DNA of 64,000 nt from Octopus sinensis. Lineage: Eukaryota. Position numbers and translations under genes: made by a program. Under the pieces are notes generated by a model that did not search any database, was not told where the DNA came from, and saw only the letters and a list, made by a program, of their open reading frames with translations. Shown here piece by piece: positions 40,247 through 52,562 of this stretch. How positions within the stretch are numbered: position 1 is the stretch's first letter; each line of letters starts with the position of its first letter. Location of the stretch: assembly GCF_006345805.1 (NCBI RefSeq), contig NC_043002.1, forward strand, positions 43,958,001 through 44,022,000. Reading direction: 5' to 3'.

Positions 40247-40696
40247 TAATCTGTATTTTTGTTATTTTTTATTTGCCCTGTCCGTGTGAGCTAACAATCG
40301 TACTGACTTTCATGGGAAACATGTATTTTTGTGGTTGAAACCTTTTGGATTAACTGGTGCTAGAGTGAGCCATATAGTGACCACTCTCTTATATTTATTT
40401 TGTAAAAATATTGTAATATATTATAAAATATTATAATAATCCAGGTTTCTCGGAGCACTAGGCCACTTGGTGTTGAATAGATATACTATTAATTAGTATC
40501 TAATTCTCTCACCTTATTAATTAATTATAATTATGCTGCATTTATTCTAAATGCTGTATTTGTTTTCCGTGAAAGTTTGCGCGCGCTGTTAGTTGGGGCA
40601 TTTGAATTATAACGTCGGATGTAATCAATTGAACCACACGCGTATTATCGTTATGGTAAAATCTGGCGTGTGATTGAGTGGATTTCATCCAGATAG

Positions 40697-40777
40697 TTTT
40701 GGCTGACGAGCTACAAGTGGATTTTTTTGTAAGTAAAATTACATTTAATTCATAATAGCGAAACAATTGTCCCAAAA
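40697..40777 (+). ncRNA. Type I hammerhead ribozyme (array copy 4)
   Basis: Same motif; core at 40703-40709; cleavage after 40771. Confidence 0.9.
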
Positions 40778-40929
40778 TAATCTGTATTTTTGTTATTTTT
40801 TATTTGCCCTGTCCGTGTGAGCTAACAATCGTACTGACTTTCATGGGAAACATGTATTTTTGTGGTTGAAACCTTTTGGATTAATGGTGCTAGAGTGAGC
40901 CATATAGTGACCACTCTCTATATTTATTT

Positions 40930-40994
<65 letters not shown>

Positions 40995-41149
40995 ATATAT
41001 ATATATATATATGCATACATATATATATAAGGCACAATATATAGATTCAACTTATCCGGCAGTACTCAGAGTAAAGCTCTTCAATATATCATTCTACAAG
41101 AAAAAAAACATATAGAATATATGGCACAATACAACAGAAAAGGCTAAGG

Positions 41150-41910
41150 AGTGCATAAAATTATCAATAATCGTTTTGGACATCCTTTCTTGCCATTGAT
41201 TTCGATGGATGGTGTTGACTTACCTGAGAGTCGTTCACTTCGTCTCCTAGGAGTGACTTTCTCTAATGATTTTTATTGGAGAATTTACATTGAATCTTTT
41301 GCCAAATCGGCTGCAATGAAGGTAGGCCCACTCCTTCATTCAAGGAGTTATCTCACTCCTGAGAATATTCTTTATCTTTATAAGTCCACCATTCGCCCCT
41401 GCATTGAGTACTGTTGTCACATATTAGCAGGTGCTCCTGTGGATTGTTTAACTCTGTTGGATCGCATTCTAAAAGCCGTATTTGTAATGTTATTGGTCCT
41501 GATCTTTTTTTTATATTGGGTTCACTTTCTCATTGTCGTCGTGTGGCTTCATTGTCGTTTTCTGTATTTTTATTGACATTGTTCAGCTGATCGCTCTTCT
41601 CTGGTTCCACCTTTAAGAACTTATCAGCTATCAACTATACTTGCATTCAGTTCTTATCAATATACTGTGCAACCTCCTAAGTATCGCAAAGCACTTTACT
41701 TTTCCAGTTTCTTCCCTCGCACCTCTTAACTTTGGAGTTCCCTTCCACAGTCTTGTTTTCGTCTTCAATATGACCTCCAGTCTTTTAAACCTAATGTACA
41801 TCGTCACCTATTGACTTCTGTCTAGCGTCCATTTTATTGTAATAGCTCTTACGTTTTCAGTGATCTAAGGACCTTGTAAGGAGCCAATGCTTTAAAATAA
41901 ATAAATAAAT
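41150..41910 (+). mobile_element. 3' fragment of a CR1/L2-group LINE
   Basis: LRLLGVTFSNDF.W..YI...AK.A..K...L.....LYKSTIRPCIEYCCHI.AGAP, then FSSFFPRTS.LW.SLP; ends in a (TAAA)n tail. Confidence 0.8.
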
Positions 41911-42036
41911 GAAATAAAGAGAGAAACATACTATTGTAAAACTTATTTTACCATTGGAAATTCTTATTTAACGACAATTGTTCCTCAGCTTAATAAACAT
42001 ATATAGATAATTTCTTTTATTATATTTCATAATAAA

Positions 42037-44202
42037 CTAGCAGAATTGCCCGGCGATGCTCGGGGCTGAATTGCTTGAAAGTACTGTTAATGATTGCACT
42101 GAATTATGATGATTATTCAGGCAAATATTGATATAAGTTTACGGCGAATGAATGTATTTGTAAGTGTATAGAAAGCCGTGTAAAGGGGTTCCTAACCCCT
42201 CGTAGAATGGTGTAAGAATTGAATGTAAGGTTGCCTTGAAAAGAGCCATGTTATTGTTCTCATAATTGTAAGAATTTGATAGTCGTGGAAAGCGGTGTAA
42301 AACGTTCGCAGGTGAATAGGGTCTCTTCGTTTTCCACGAACGGCAGCGGATGTGCTGTTACAAAACTTCATGCTGTGTTAAGAGAGAATGGATGCCCTAT
42401 GTAGGCAAGAGGGGAATGAAGCATGGGTAAGTAAATATGGATAATTTATAAAATATAGAACAATAGCATCTACTCACCATATGTCAGACCGGCAAGACTG
42501 TAGTGGTGCTGAATAGATGAATCACAACACAGTGGTGGAGATGTTTTCATTGATGGGCGTTATGATTAAATTTGTTGTATAAAATGATCTGTTGCTTAGT
42601 TTCCAAAGTGTTTGTTGCGATCGTGTTGTCACTTATGTAAACTTTAACAGTGAGAGTGTAGATGTAGGAGGTAGATGTGTCATGTACGTTGGATATAGAA
42701 GATGAGGTTGGTGGTTTGATGATGAATGGATAGAAATAGAGGTGAGCGAAGGACAGGTGTTGGTTAAGTGTGAATTAATGTCATGAAACGCCTAAAAATG
42801 TAAATGCCATCATAAAAGAGAGTCGTATGTAAGTGAAATATTAACATGTTCGAAAATGATGAAACGTAGTAATCCTATAAAACCTCCTTGTACACAATGT
42901 TTCTTTGTTTTTCGTTGTGGAACGAATGCGAAAGCATCACTGTTGCTGCCGACACGCGAGCAGCCAACATAAAGCTGACCATGAGAGAAACATGGCTCTC
43001 CCAAATGTATTCCCGCCACAGACAGTGTTTGACCCTGCGCTTTGTTAATTGACATTGCGAAACATGGCCTTACTGGGAACTGGGACCTCCGAAATATGAA
43101 AGGTAGGTCTGCTCCTGATGGGAAAAGATGCATCCTAGGTATGAGCACAACGTTGCCTCGACCGCACCCTGTGATAATGGTGGCCTCAATCAGATTGGGA
43201 GATAAGGACTTAACGATGAAACGTGTGCCATTGCATTCTTTTGGGGGAACCAAATTTCTAATGAGCATTATAGGGGCACCAACTTTAAGTTTGAGAATGT
43301 GTGGTGGTAGTCCGGGGGGCTCAAAGGAATTGAGTACTTCTATTGGATAGTTGATGACGTCCTCTGGGTCAGGAATTGTATCGATAGACTTATATACATA
43401 GACATCCCCAGGAATGAGTTTTAGCATTTCATCATTAATATGGTGAACAGTTTTATTCCTCGGGGCCAGAATAGCCCTTTGGCCAATCCAATCCATATTC
43501 TGATAATTAGCTTGTAGATCTGGGAACACTGCATCTCTGAGATCAGAAGGCGTTTTAACAATGGTACAAATGGAATCGATGGCAATATTACCATTTTCAT
43601 CCCCTGGTATTGTGCCTTCGCCAAGTGCAAGGAGAGTGTGAGAAAATGCTGCTGATGTGATATCACGTCGCATATGAGCATGCATATTGGTGTGAAGTTT
43701 GAGAGTCTTCACCAATGGCCACAATGTGGATGACTTAAGACAGGCACTTACTGCATCAGCTGTAGTCCCTTTGGGAATAACGGGAAGTGTTTGTCGGAAG
43801 TCCCCTGAAAGAAGAAGTGTTATGCCTCCCATGGGAGCTGAAGAGTGTTTGATGTCTCTGAGAGATCTATCTAGTGCCTCAAGAGCACGTCTGTGGGCCA
43901 TCGTGTTATTCTCTTCAAGTGAACATTTTTCTGGTTGAAACACACCGAAAAGTGGCGACACAGCAGTGAAAAAATCGTAAAAAATAGGGATTTTCATAGA
44001 AAAAAGCACCTTTTTGATGTAAATAATTTTTGGTATTAACATGGTCCGATTTGAATTTTATCTTCTACAGAAGGAGAGCAACCCTTCTATCATACTCTCA
44101 ATTTTGGTCAACTTGCGCCGCAGGGTCTCGGAGGAGATAGTGTTAGTTGAAGGCTACCAAACCTGGCGCACACAGACAACTTCAGCTTTATATAGAGAGA
44201 GA
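42037..44202 (-). mobile_element. Internally deleted Helitron with both termini, carrying a partial PIF1-family helicase
   Basis: 5' A|TCTCTCTCTATATAAAG at 44202; 3' hairpin CCCG...CGGG (42049-42064) followed by CTAG|T at 42037-42040; helicase ORF inside. Confidence 0.88.
42810..43910 (-). CDS. Helitron PIF1-like helicase, C-terminal part (motif II onward)
   Basis: TMAHRRALEALDRSLRD, LLSGDFRQTLPVIP, ILAPRN, GLPPHILKLKVGAPIMLIRNL, CNGTR, QFPVRPCFAMSINKAQGQTL and FSHGQLYVGCSRVG; no Rep domain or Walker A. Confidence 0.85.
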   Translation of the reverse strand, partial: NNTMAHRRALEALDRSLRDIKHSSAPMGGITLLLSGDFRQTLPVIPKGTTADAVSACLKSSTLWPLVKTLKLHTNMHAHMRRDITSAAFSHTLLALGEGTIPGDENGNIAIDSICTIVKTPSDLRDAVFPDLQANYQNMDWIGQRAILAPRNKTVHHINDEMLKLIPGDVYVYKSIDTIPDPEDVINYPIEVLNSFEPPGLPPHILKLKVGAPIMLIRNLVPPKECNGTRFIVKSLSPNLIEATIITGCGRGNVVLIPRMHLFPSGADLPFIFRRSQFPVRPCFAMSINKAQGQTLSVAGIHLGEPCFSHGQLYVGCSRVGSNSDAFAFVPQRKTKKHCVQGGFIGLLRFIIFEHVNISLTYDSLL

Positions 44203-44461
44203 TAACACACACACATTAATACACATACGTACACACACACACACACACACATGTATGTATGGATGTATGTATGGATGTATGTATGTATATATGTACATCT
44301 GTCCACTTCTTGCCAGACTTTTATCCTTCACTTCCTACACACACACACAGACACACACACACTCACACACACACACACGCACGTACACACACCTTAGCTT
44401 ACAATTTTCTTTCAACAATTGACACTGTCATATATGTATATGTTTGCGTGTCTATGTGTGT

Positions 44462-44915
44462 AAAGAGAAAGTGTGGTAATAGGCGGAGTAAAACCTTTGA
44501 AGTGAGAGAGGGAAATCGTAAAATATTGAGTTTTCTCGAATTTTTGCTTAATTGGGGGTGAAATTGAAAGAAATTTATATGCCATGACCGAATGGAATGT
44601 ACTTGGAAAAATCATAGGTAAACTCCAATTGAAGAAATTGTGTGAGGAGTAAATCGTTATGTATTTATTTGTTTCTGTTTACTCTGTATTTTTTTTTGAG
44701 TAGTGGTTTAAGGTACACTTGCAAAGAGAAAGTAGGAGAAATTATGGTAATAGCAGGAGTGAAGCAGTTGAAATTAGAGAGGCAAATCGTAAAATATTTA
44801 CTTTTCTCGAATTTTTGCTTAATTAGAGGTCAAATTGAAAAAACTTTATATGCCATGACCCAATCGAATCTACTTGTAAAAATCGTAGGTAAGTTCCAAT
44901 TGAAGAAATTCTATA
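44462..44915. repeat. Diverged direct duplication with a ~262-bp period
   Basis: 44462-44645 and 44723-44915 share aaatcgtaaaatatt..ttttctcgaatttttgcttaatt and ccaattgaagaaatt. Confidence 0.8.
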
Positions 44916-45326
44916 TTGTAGAGTTGTATTAAAAAGGAACATGGGAACAGGCAGAGAAAATCTGCCTTTTATCATAAGAGATAATAAATTACTTAGATGT
45001 CTGCTTCAATATACAGTCTACAATCTTTAAATTAATGCAGATATTAAGCTAGCTCACCAGGTTAAAAGAAATATATGTTAAAACTTTCTTACCATAACGT
45101 TCCAAAAATGCAGAGCTAGCTTAATATCTGCATTAACTTAAAGATTGTGTATATATTATTGCAGATATGTAAGTAATTATTATACTTATTATAGAATATA
45201 ATGAAATAATATATAAAATATACTTAAATAAATTATGTATCTATGTTTATTAAAGTACGATATAACAGTCGTAAAATAAGAATTTCCTATGGTAAAATAA
45301 ATTTTATCAAAGTATATTTCTTTCGT

Positions 45327-45399
<73 letters not shown>

Positions 45400-45511
45400 A
45401 TAAATGTTCGCATGGCCACAACCTAAAGACTGAAACAAAAAAGAATAAATGAAGGGATGAAAGAATATATACAAACATTTCTCTCTAATTTCTATTTGAC
45501 AATCCAAAACA

Positions 45512-45586
<75 letters not shown>

Positions 45587-47190
45587 AGTGTTTTATAGTG
45601 TCAAATATAAACTCGAGAGAAATGATCATTGATAGCATAAATTTTAATCCGTGGCCACTGTTTATTTATTTCATTATTCATATTTTCTATATTGATTGAT
45701 TAGGACTTTTACTTCACGTAACTTCTCGTTTCCTTTCTTGGGAAAAAAAGTGTTTGCATTTACTTACGAGCCTTGTCGAAAATCACATTCTAGACTATCA
45801 GTGAACATGCTTAATATAGAGCATATAAAAATCTACTTAGAAATACTAATGCAGATTATTAGAGAGATTATTAGCTAAACGACTGATCTTATACTAATAG
45901 GTATGGCAAGCGTGGGAGACAACTCTAGATATGTTTCGATCGTAACAAACCTCCTCACCAAAACATAGGTTTTGCTGTACTTGCAAAGTAGCCATGTAGG
46001 AGTCACTAAACAGAATAAACTAAGACAATTAGTATATTTATGGCGTCTCAGACTAATTTACTTCAATGTTTTGTTGATTTATAGAGAAACAGGTATAGAA
46101 TTAAAAAACGTATCTTTCTAGGACTGAGACAGTTAAAATTAAGGTATTTCTCTGAGGTAATGGTACAGATAACACTAGTGATTTCTCTTGGTAACCACGC
46201 CACATATTTTAGAGAAAGAGTATTGATGAATAAATCACTTCTTCGGTATTTGGTTGATCTTGACCCCTGGAAAAGAAAAAAAAACTTACATGTATTACTA
46301 TACTGGAAGTGTCGACTGACGAGGTATATGTTGCAAGCAGCGCGATTTTGATTTCCGATTGTAGTCGTTTCACCTCACTCTCTAGAGAAGCATACACGTC
46401 ACAATGTAGATAGAGAAACAGACGACCCTGACTGTTAATATCAACAACATAGGTGTGGGCAATATACCTCTGAAAAAAAGAAATAAGAACAATGCTTTCT
46501 GCATATTAGATATGTTGATTTTTAGGTAAGGTTCGGTCAGAATTAGCTCAGGCCACGACTAACTTAGCACTATAAGCTCTCAGGTACATCAATGCACTGG
46601 GACCCATAGCATTTATTAACTGAAACCCACAGCGGACATAGATCAGAATTGGACCTCTAGACACGTAAGATCCCCCAGGAGAAACAGTACACTAGTTCCT
46701 ATAGTAATTTTTGATAGCTAGCCACAGCATACATAGATGAGAATGAAGACCCTAGACCTGTGGTATCACTGGGAATATCAACGCCCTGTATCTTATGTAT
46801 TTATTGAAAGCCAGATTAGAATTGACACCCGCTAGACTTGTGAAGTCCCCAGGCACTCTGTGTGCTCATGCTTTAAGACGGCACATAATACAGTATTAAT
46901 AAATTTGTTTCATTCATACTGTATTTCATTTAATTTTTCTTTTAGTCTTTTACTTGTTTCAGTCATTTTACTGCGGTCATGCTGGAGCACCGCCTTAAAA
47001 GGGTTTTATTCGAAGAAATCGCCTCCAGGACTTATTCTTTGTAAGCCTAGTATTTATTCTACCGCCCCTTTGTCGAAGCGCTTAGTTACAGGTACTTAAA
47101 TACACCAACATCGGTTGTCAAGCAATGATGAGGGGACTAAGACAGACAGACTCCCCCCCTGCACACACACGCATGTATGTATATATATAA

Positions 47191-47232
<42 letters not shown>

Positions 47233-47280
47233 ATACATGCGTGTGTGTGCGGGGAAGGGGTCTGTCTGTCTTTGTATTTT

Positions 47281-47323
<43 letters not shown>

Positions 47324-47500
47324 GACGGGCTTCTTTCAGTTTTCGTCTACCAAATCAACTCACAAGGCTTTGGTCGACCTGAGGCTATAGTAGAAGACAT
47401 TTGCCCAAGGTGCCACGCAGTGGGACTGAACTTTGAACCATGTGGTTGGGAAGTAAGCTTCTTACCACACAGCCACAAACTTAATGTTTGTTTAATTTAG

Positions 47501-47991
47501 AGTGTGTTCCCGAAGGTGAACACACTTGGATCAGAAAAATCAGTAACCAAAATTTCTGCAAAACCGAAGTTGTAACTTCAGTATTCAATTACATTTTGAG
47601 CATAAACTTAATGACATCACTTTTTATTGGCTCACGTAGAAGGTATGTTAAATTTATGAGGTTCCAAGGTTACTAGAATAACAACATGACGTTTTAGTTA
47701 AATTATGAATTATAGACTGAAAATTCTTAATTATTTTGAAAAGATTTAGTAAAAGATCATGTGAAATAGTTGGATTGTGAATTTCATTAGAAATATTTTC
47801 ATGAAAGAGTTAACTTCTCGCTGTTGACATATGAATGGATATCTTACAAGCCTCTTTAATAATTATAACTCTGTGTATATAATTTCCAATCGCTTTCTTT
47901 TATGTTGCTTCGTTTCAATTATTATCTGAGCATTGTATTTATTGTATTTAGCTTAGGATTCCTGGAAATTCTTTACCGGGAATTTTCTAAC
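47501..47991 (+). CDS. Two candidate exons (47501-47642 and 47952-47991) of an unidentified gene
   Basis: tttag| and |GTATGT, then tttag| and |GTAAGT. The phases are compatible and give an open frame ...CVPEGEHTWIRKISNQNFCKTEVVTSVFNYILSINLMTSLFIGSRRSLGFLEILYREFSN. No homology recognised. Confidence 0.35.
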
Positions 47992-48084
47992 GTAAGTAAC
48001 AATTTCGATTTAATTACTTTTTCTTCTCCCAACAAATTAATATGAAGGCGGTTGTTACTTTCATCTTACTTACTTCTTTACTGC

Positions 48085-48153
<69 letters not shown>

Positions 48154-48404
48154 GCACACAGACATATACGCACACACACACACACACACATACACGCACA
48201 CATACGCATACACACACACATACACACGCGCGCGTACGCACGTATGTGTATATATGTGCGTGTGAGTGTGTGTGTGTGTGTAGGTGTGTGATTGTGTTTG
48301 TATGCATATCTGCATATACGCATAAATATAGATACATATATGTAAATTTCACATACATGCATACATATATGCGTACATGGATATACGTTGATATACACGT
48401 ATAC

Positions 48405-48464
<60 letters not shown>

Positions 48465-48585
48465 GCGTGCGTGTGTGTGTCTGTGTTTGCATATCTGATA
48501 ATACTCATAAATATACAGATACACATATGTAACTTTCATATACATATATCTATACAATAATTTAAGTGTATGTGTGTGTGTGTGT

Positions 48586-48618
<33 letters not shown>

Positions 48619-48961
48619 ACGCGCGTGCATAACTCATCTAACGCAACGCATTTCGAGTGGGTCGATTACAAAAGCTGATAGTAAAATATAATATTTTTAA
48701 TGTGTATATATTATATTATGTGTGAAAACCGAGTTAGAAAGCGGTTTTGGTTATAATTATAACCGAACAGCTTATATCAAATACCGGCACATTTTGTGCT
48801 GCTGTAACAGAATTTTGGCTGGAATTAAATACAGGTCAGCTGGAATTTTTTTTTTTTTTTTTGTTTTGTCACTTGCAGGATCTGTAAGAAGTCGCAAGTG
48901 ACCATGGCTGTCATGGCTTCTTCAAAACAGTAAAGAGAGATCTATATCATTTATATTCTTC

Positions 48962-50040
48962 TTGAAAGGCAGTGAGCTGGCAGAAACGTTAACACGCCGA
49001 GTGAAATGCCTAGCGGTATTTCATCTGCTGTTACGTTCTGAGTTCAAATTCCGCCGACGTCGACTTTGCCTTTCATCCTTTCGGGGGCGATTAAATAAGT
49101 ACCAGTTACACACTGGGGTCGATATGATCGACTTAATTCGTTTGTCTGTCCTTGTTTGTCCCCTCTATGTTTAGCCCCTTGTGGGTAATAAAGAAATAGG
49201 TATTTCATCTGCTGTTACGTTCTGAGTTCAAATTCCGCCGAGGTCGACTTTGCCTTTCATCCTTTCGGGGTCGATCAAATAAGTACCAGTTACACACTAG
49301 GGTCGATATAATCGACTTAATCCGTTTGTCTGACATTGTTTGTCCCCTCTGTGTGTAGCCCCTTGTGGGCAGTAAAGAAATATGTATTTCGCCTGTCTTT
49401 ACATTCTGAGTTCAAATTCCGCCGAGGTCGATTTTGCCTTTCATCCTTTCGGGGTCGATAAATTAAGTAACAGTTACGCACTGGGGTCGATGTGGGCAAT
49501 AAAGAAATAAGAAACGTTAGCACGCCGGGCGAAATGCTTAGCGGTATTTCATCTGCCGTTACGTTCTGAGTTCAAATTCCATCCTTTCGGGGTCGATCAA
49601 ATAAGTACCAGTTACATACTGGGGTCGATATAATCGACTTAATCCGTTTGTTTGTCCCCTCTGTGTGTAGCCCCTTGTGTGCAGTAAAGAAATATGTATT
49701 TCGTCTGCCGTTACGTTCTGAGTTCAAATTCCACCGAGGTCGATTTTGCCTTTCATCCTTTCGGGGTCGAGAGTCGATGTAATCAACTTAATCCGTTTGT
49801 CTGTCCTTGTTTGTCCCCTCTATGTTTAGCCCCTTGTGGGCAATAAAGACATGCGAAACGTTAGCATGCCGGACAAACTACTTAACATCATTTCGTTCAT
49901 CTGAGTTCTGAGTTCAAATTCCGCCGAGGTCGACTTTGCATTTCAACCTTTCGGGGTCGATAATATAAGTACCAGTTCCTGAATGGGTTCGATATAATCA
50001 TCTTCCCCACTCTCCAAAATTCCTGGCTTTATACCAAAAA
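48962..50040 (+). mobile_element. Head-to-tail cluster of about six partial copies of a tRNA-derived SINE (family also at 2741-2930, 26335-26610, 51780-52015, 62690-63060)
   Basis: Repeated B box GAGTTCAAATTCC, central CCTTTCATCCTTTCGGGGTCGAT..AAGTACCAGT and a tail ending AATAAAGAAATA. Confidence 0.88.
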
Positions 50041-50139
50041 TAAGAACGGATTTATATTCTTCTCGAGTCTTTGTAGTTCAACATCTGTGCGGTCGACGTA
50101 AACAAGGAAGAAATTCCAGGTAGATTTGGTTTGGAGAGG

Positions 50140-50520
50140 GAAGGAGAGGGCAAAATGATTACCGCTGAGTCTTGGGCATTAATCACAACACGAGTGATGA
50201 GAGAATGAATGAGAGAGACGTGAATGCCTTAGTGGAGGTGATAGACACCCAGCTAGCTCCGTAGAGCAGAGACCATTATAATAGCGGTAAGAAATGCAAT
50301 AAGAGGTCAGAGCGTGTATGTGGGATAGAATTGGAATTGGAGTATGTCTGTGAGTGATTATACCAGTCACTCGTGTGGCTCTTTTCTCGATGATGCATCT
50401 AAAATGTTAGCACATGCAACAGCGGTTGCTGTCCCTGATATAAAGACAATAATCCATTGTGGATATCGCCTGAGATTTGCAGATTATTGCTAATTAGCGG
50501 GGTCTGGAGTTCTTTCTGAC
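50140..50520 (-). mobile_element. CR1/L2-group LINE 3' remnant
   Basis: Minus strand YRYYNGLCSTELAGCLSPPL..SR, typical of the ORF2 C-terminus of these LINEs. Confidence 0.6.
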
Positions 50521-50536
50521 ACTGAAGGGAATATAC

Positions 50537-50584
<48 letters not shown>

Positions 50585-50586
50585 TC

Positions 50587-50715
<129 letters not shown>

Positions 50716-50759
50716 TATACATATATATATATTTAATATATTTATATACACACACATGT

Positions 50760-50965
50760 AGAGGCGCAATGGCCTAGTGGTTAGGGCAGCGGACTCGCGG
50801 TCGCAGGATCGCGGTTTCGATTCTCAGACCGGGCGTTGTGTGTGTTTATTGAGCGAAAACACCTAAAAGCTCTACGAGGCTCCGGCAGGGGGTGGTGATC
50901 CCTGCTGTACTCTTTCACCACAATGGCGGTGCCCCAGCATGGCCACAGCTCAAGAGCTGAAACTG
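50760..50965 (+). mobile_element. tRNA-derived SINE (head shared with 15425-15725)
   Basis: A box TGGCCTAGTGG and B box GGTTTCGATTC. Confidence 0.8.
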
Positions 50966-51099
50966 GAAAAACAAAACAAAAACAACAAACATATATACAC
51001 ATATATATACATACACGCATATATATATATATATCATACATATATATATACACACACACACACACATACACACACACACACAATATATATATATATATA

Positions 51100-51144
<45 letters not shown>

Positions 51145-51162
51145 GATATATATATCATATAT

Positions 51163-51425
51163 CGCCATGATAAATCGGTAGCCACTACACACATTTTTTC
51201 TCTCCTTGTTTCTTTTTGTGTTCCTTTCTGTGGAAGAGCGTAGGCTCGAAACGTAAAAGACTTTTTCAAATACTGAGCGTAATACTAATACATCTGTTTG
51301 TTTTCTACACCACCTCTCTTCGGCTTTTGTTTTTTCGTGAATTCTCCCTATGTATATGTATATGTATATATATATATATATAGTGAGAATTTACAAAAAA
51401 ACAAAAGACGAAGACGGGTGTGAGA
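51163..51425 (+). mobile_element. Penelope-type terminal-repeat fragment with a variant hammerhead-like motif and a short inverted duplicate
   Basis: Motif at 51224-51259: CTTT-CTGTGGA-A-GAGC-GTAG-GCTC-GAAA-C-GTA-AAAG. 51380-51425 is an inverted copy of the 3' end across an (AT)n tract. Confidence 0.65.
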
Positions 51426-52500
51426 TAAATAGATAGATAGATATACACGCATACACACACATATATATGTATGTGTGCATATACATACACACACACACAC
51501 ATACATATATATACACACACACATATATATACGTAACATATCGTATAATAATAACCAGGGCAAATTTAAGCCATTTCTCCGCAGATTGAAAAAATGATGA
51601 CCAACCTTAATCGATTTTCGTACCTTATTGGGTTCTCATCAGAGGCGTCCATATCATTTTGACAATCTTCAGAGAAACTAGCTGCCAAAGAGTCAGAACG
51701 AATATCGTAATCCATCTGGTCCGATGCTTTTACAGTTCCACCAAGCCACCACGAAATATTTGTACTGTATTTTCTCATCATCTGAGCAAATACCTATTTC
51801 TTTACTACCCACAAGGGGCTAAACACAGAGAGGACAAACAAGGACAGACAAACGGATTAAGTCGATTACATCGACCCCAATGGGTAACTGGTACTTAATT
51901 TATCGACCCAGAAAGGATGAAAGGCAAAGTCGACCTCGGCGAAATTTGAACCCAGAACGTAGAGACAGACGAAATACCGCTAAGCATTTCGCCCGGCGTG
52001 CTAACGATTCTGCCGGATACCACAGAACAAAAGTGTCCGGCGCTGCAATGACACAACCAGGTCGTAGCCTTAGTCACGTAGTGGTAAGCACTCTGGCTCT
52101 TTGTGAGATCCGTTCTTCACAAATATTATGCATTAATTCATTTGTATTCCTCACACATCTATTCTATTGAATTTCGAATAAATGATTTCGAAACATTGAT
52201 ATTAGTTTCCATCTTTCGTCGTGCTTTTTATTCTCACTTGACCTTAAACTAATTTAGTCGATCTGATTACAGGTACCGATAAATCAGTAATTTTGAGATT
52301 CCATACTCAAACCATTCTGTTTTCACTTTTCTACATTAACACATTAAGTTATATCTGTATGACCACCCTTAAGAGGTGGTTATATCTATATGATGCTATA
52401 GACATCCAAAATATACATATACATAAATATACATACATACATACATACATACATTCATTCATATTCACATACACAAACACGCACACACAAACATGTATGT

Positions 52501-52562
<62 letters not shown>

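Larger units (their letters stand above)
38911..40930. mobile_element. Inverted plus tandem array of a ~533-bp ORF-less unit, each unit carrying a hammerhead ribozyme (retrozyme-like / PLE pLTR array)
   Basis: About 1.1 units on the - strand (39494 to 38911) joined to about 2.7 units on the + strand (39491-40930). Copies differ only by 1-nt indels. Flanked by (AT)n on both sides. Confidence 0.9.

Noticed and set aside
38911-40930. CRISPR-like or satellite interpretation of the tandem units
   Set aside because: Eukaryotic context, 533-bp units, no unique spacers; the embedded ribozyme explains the structure better.
45905-45965. Minus-strand GTGAGGA-GGT...ATC-GAAAC motif
   Set aside because: Core C3 is mutated and no stem I can be formed.
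50762-50835. tRNA-like sequence (also at 2143 and 15650)
   Set aside because: A and B boxes continue into a repeated SINE body and lack a proper acceptor stem, so these are SINE heads, not tRNA genes.
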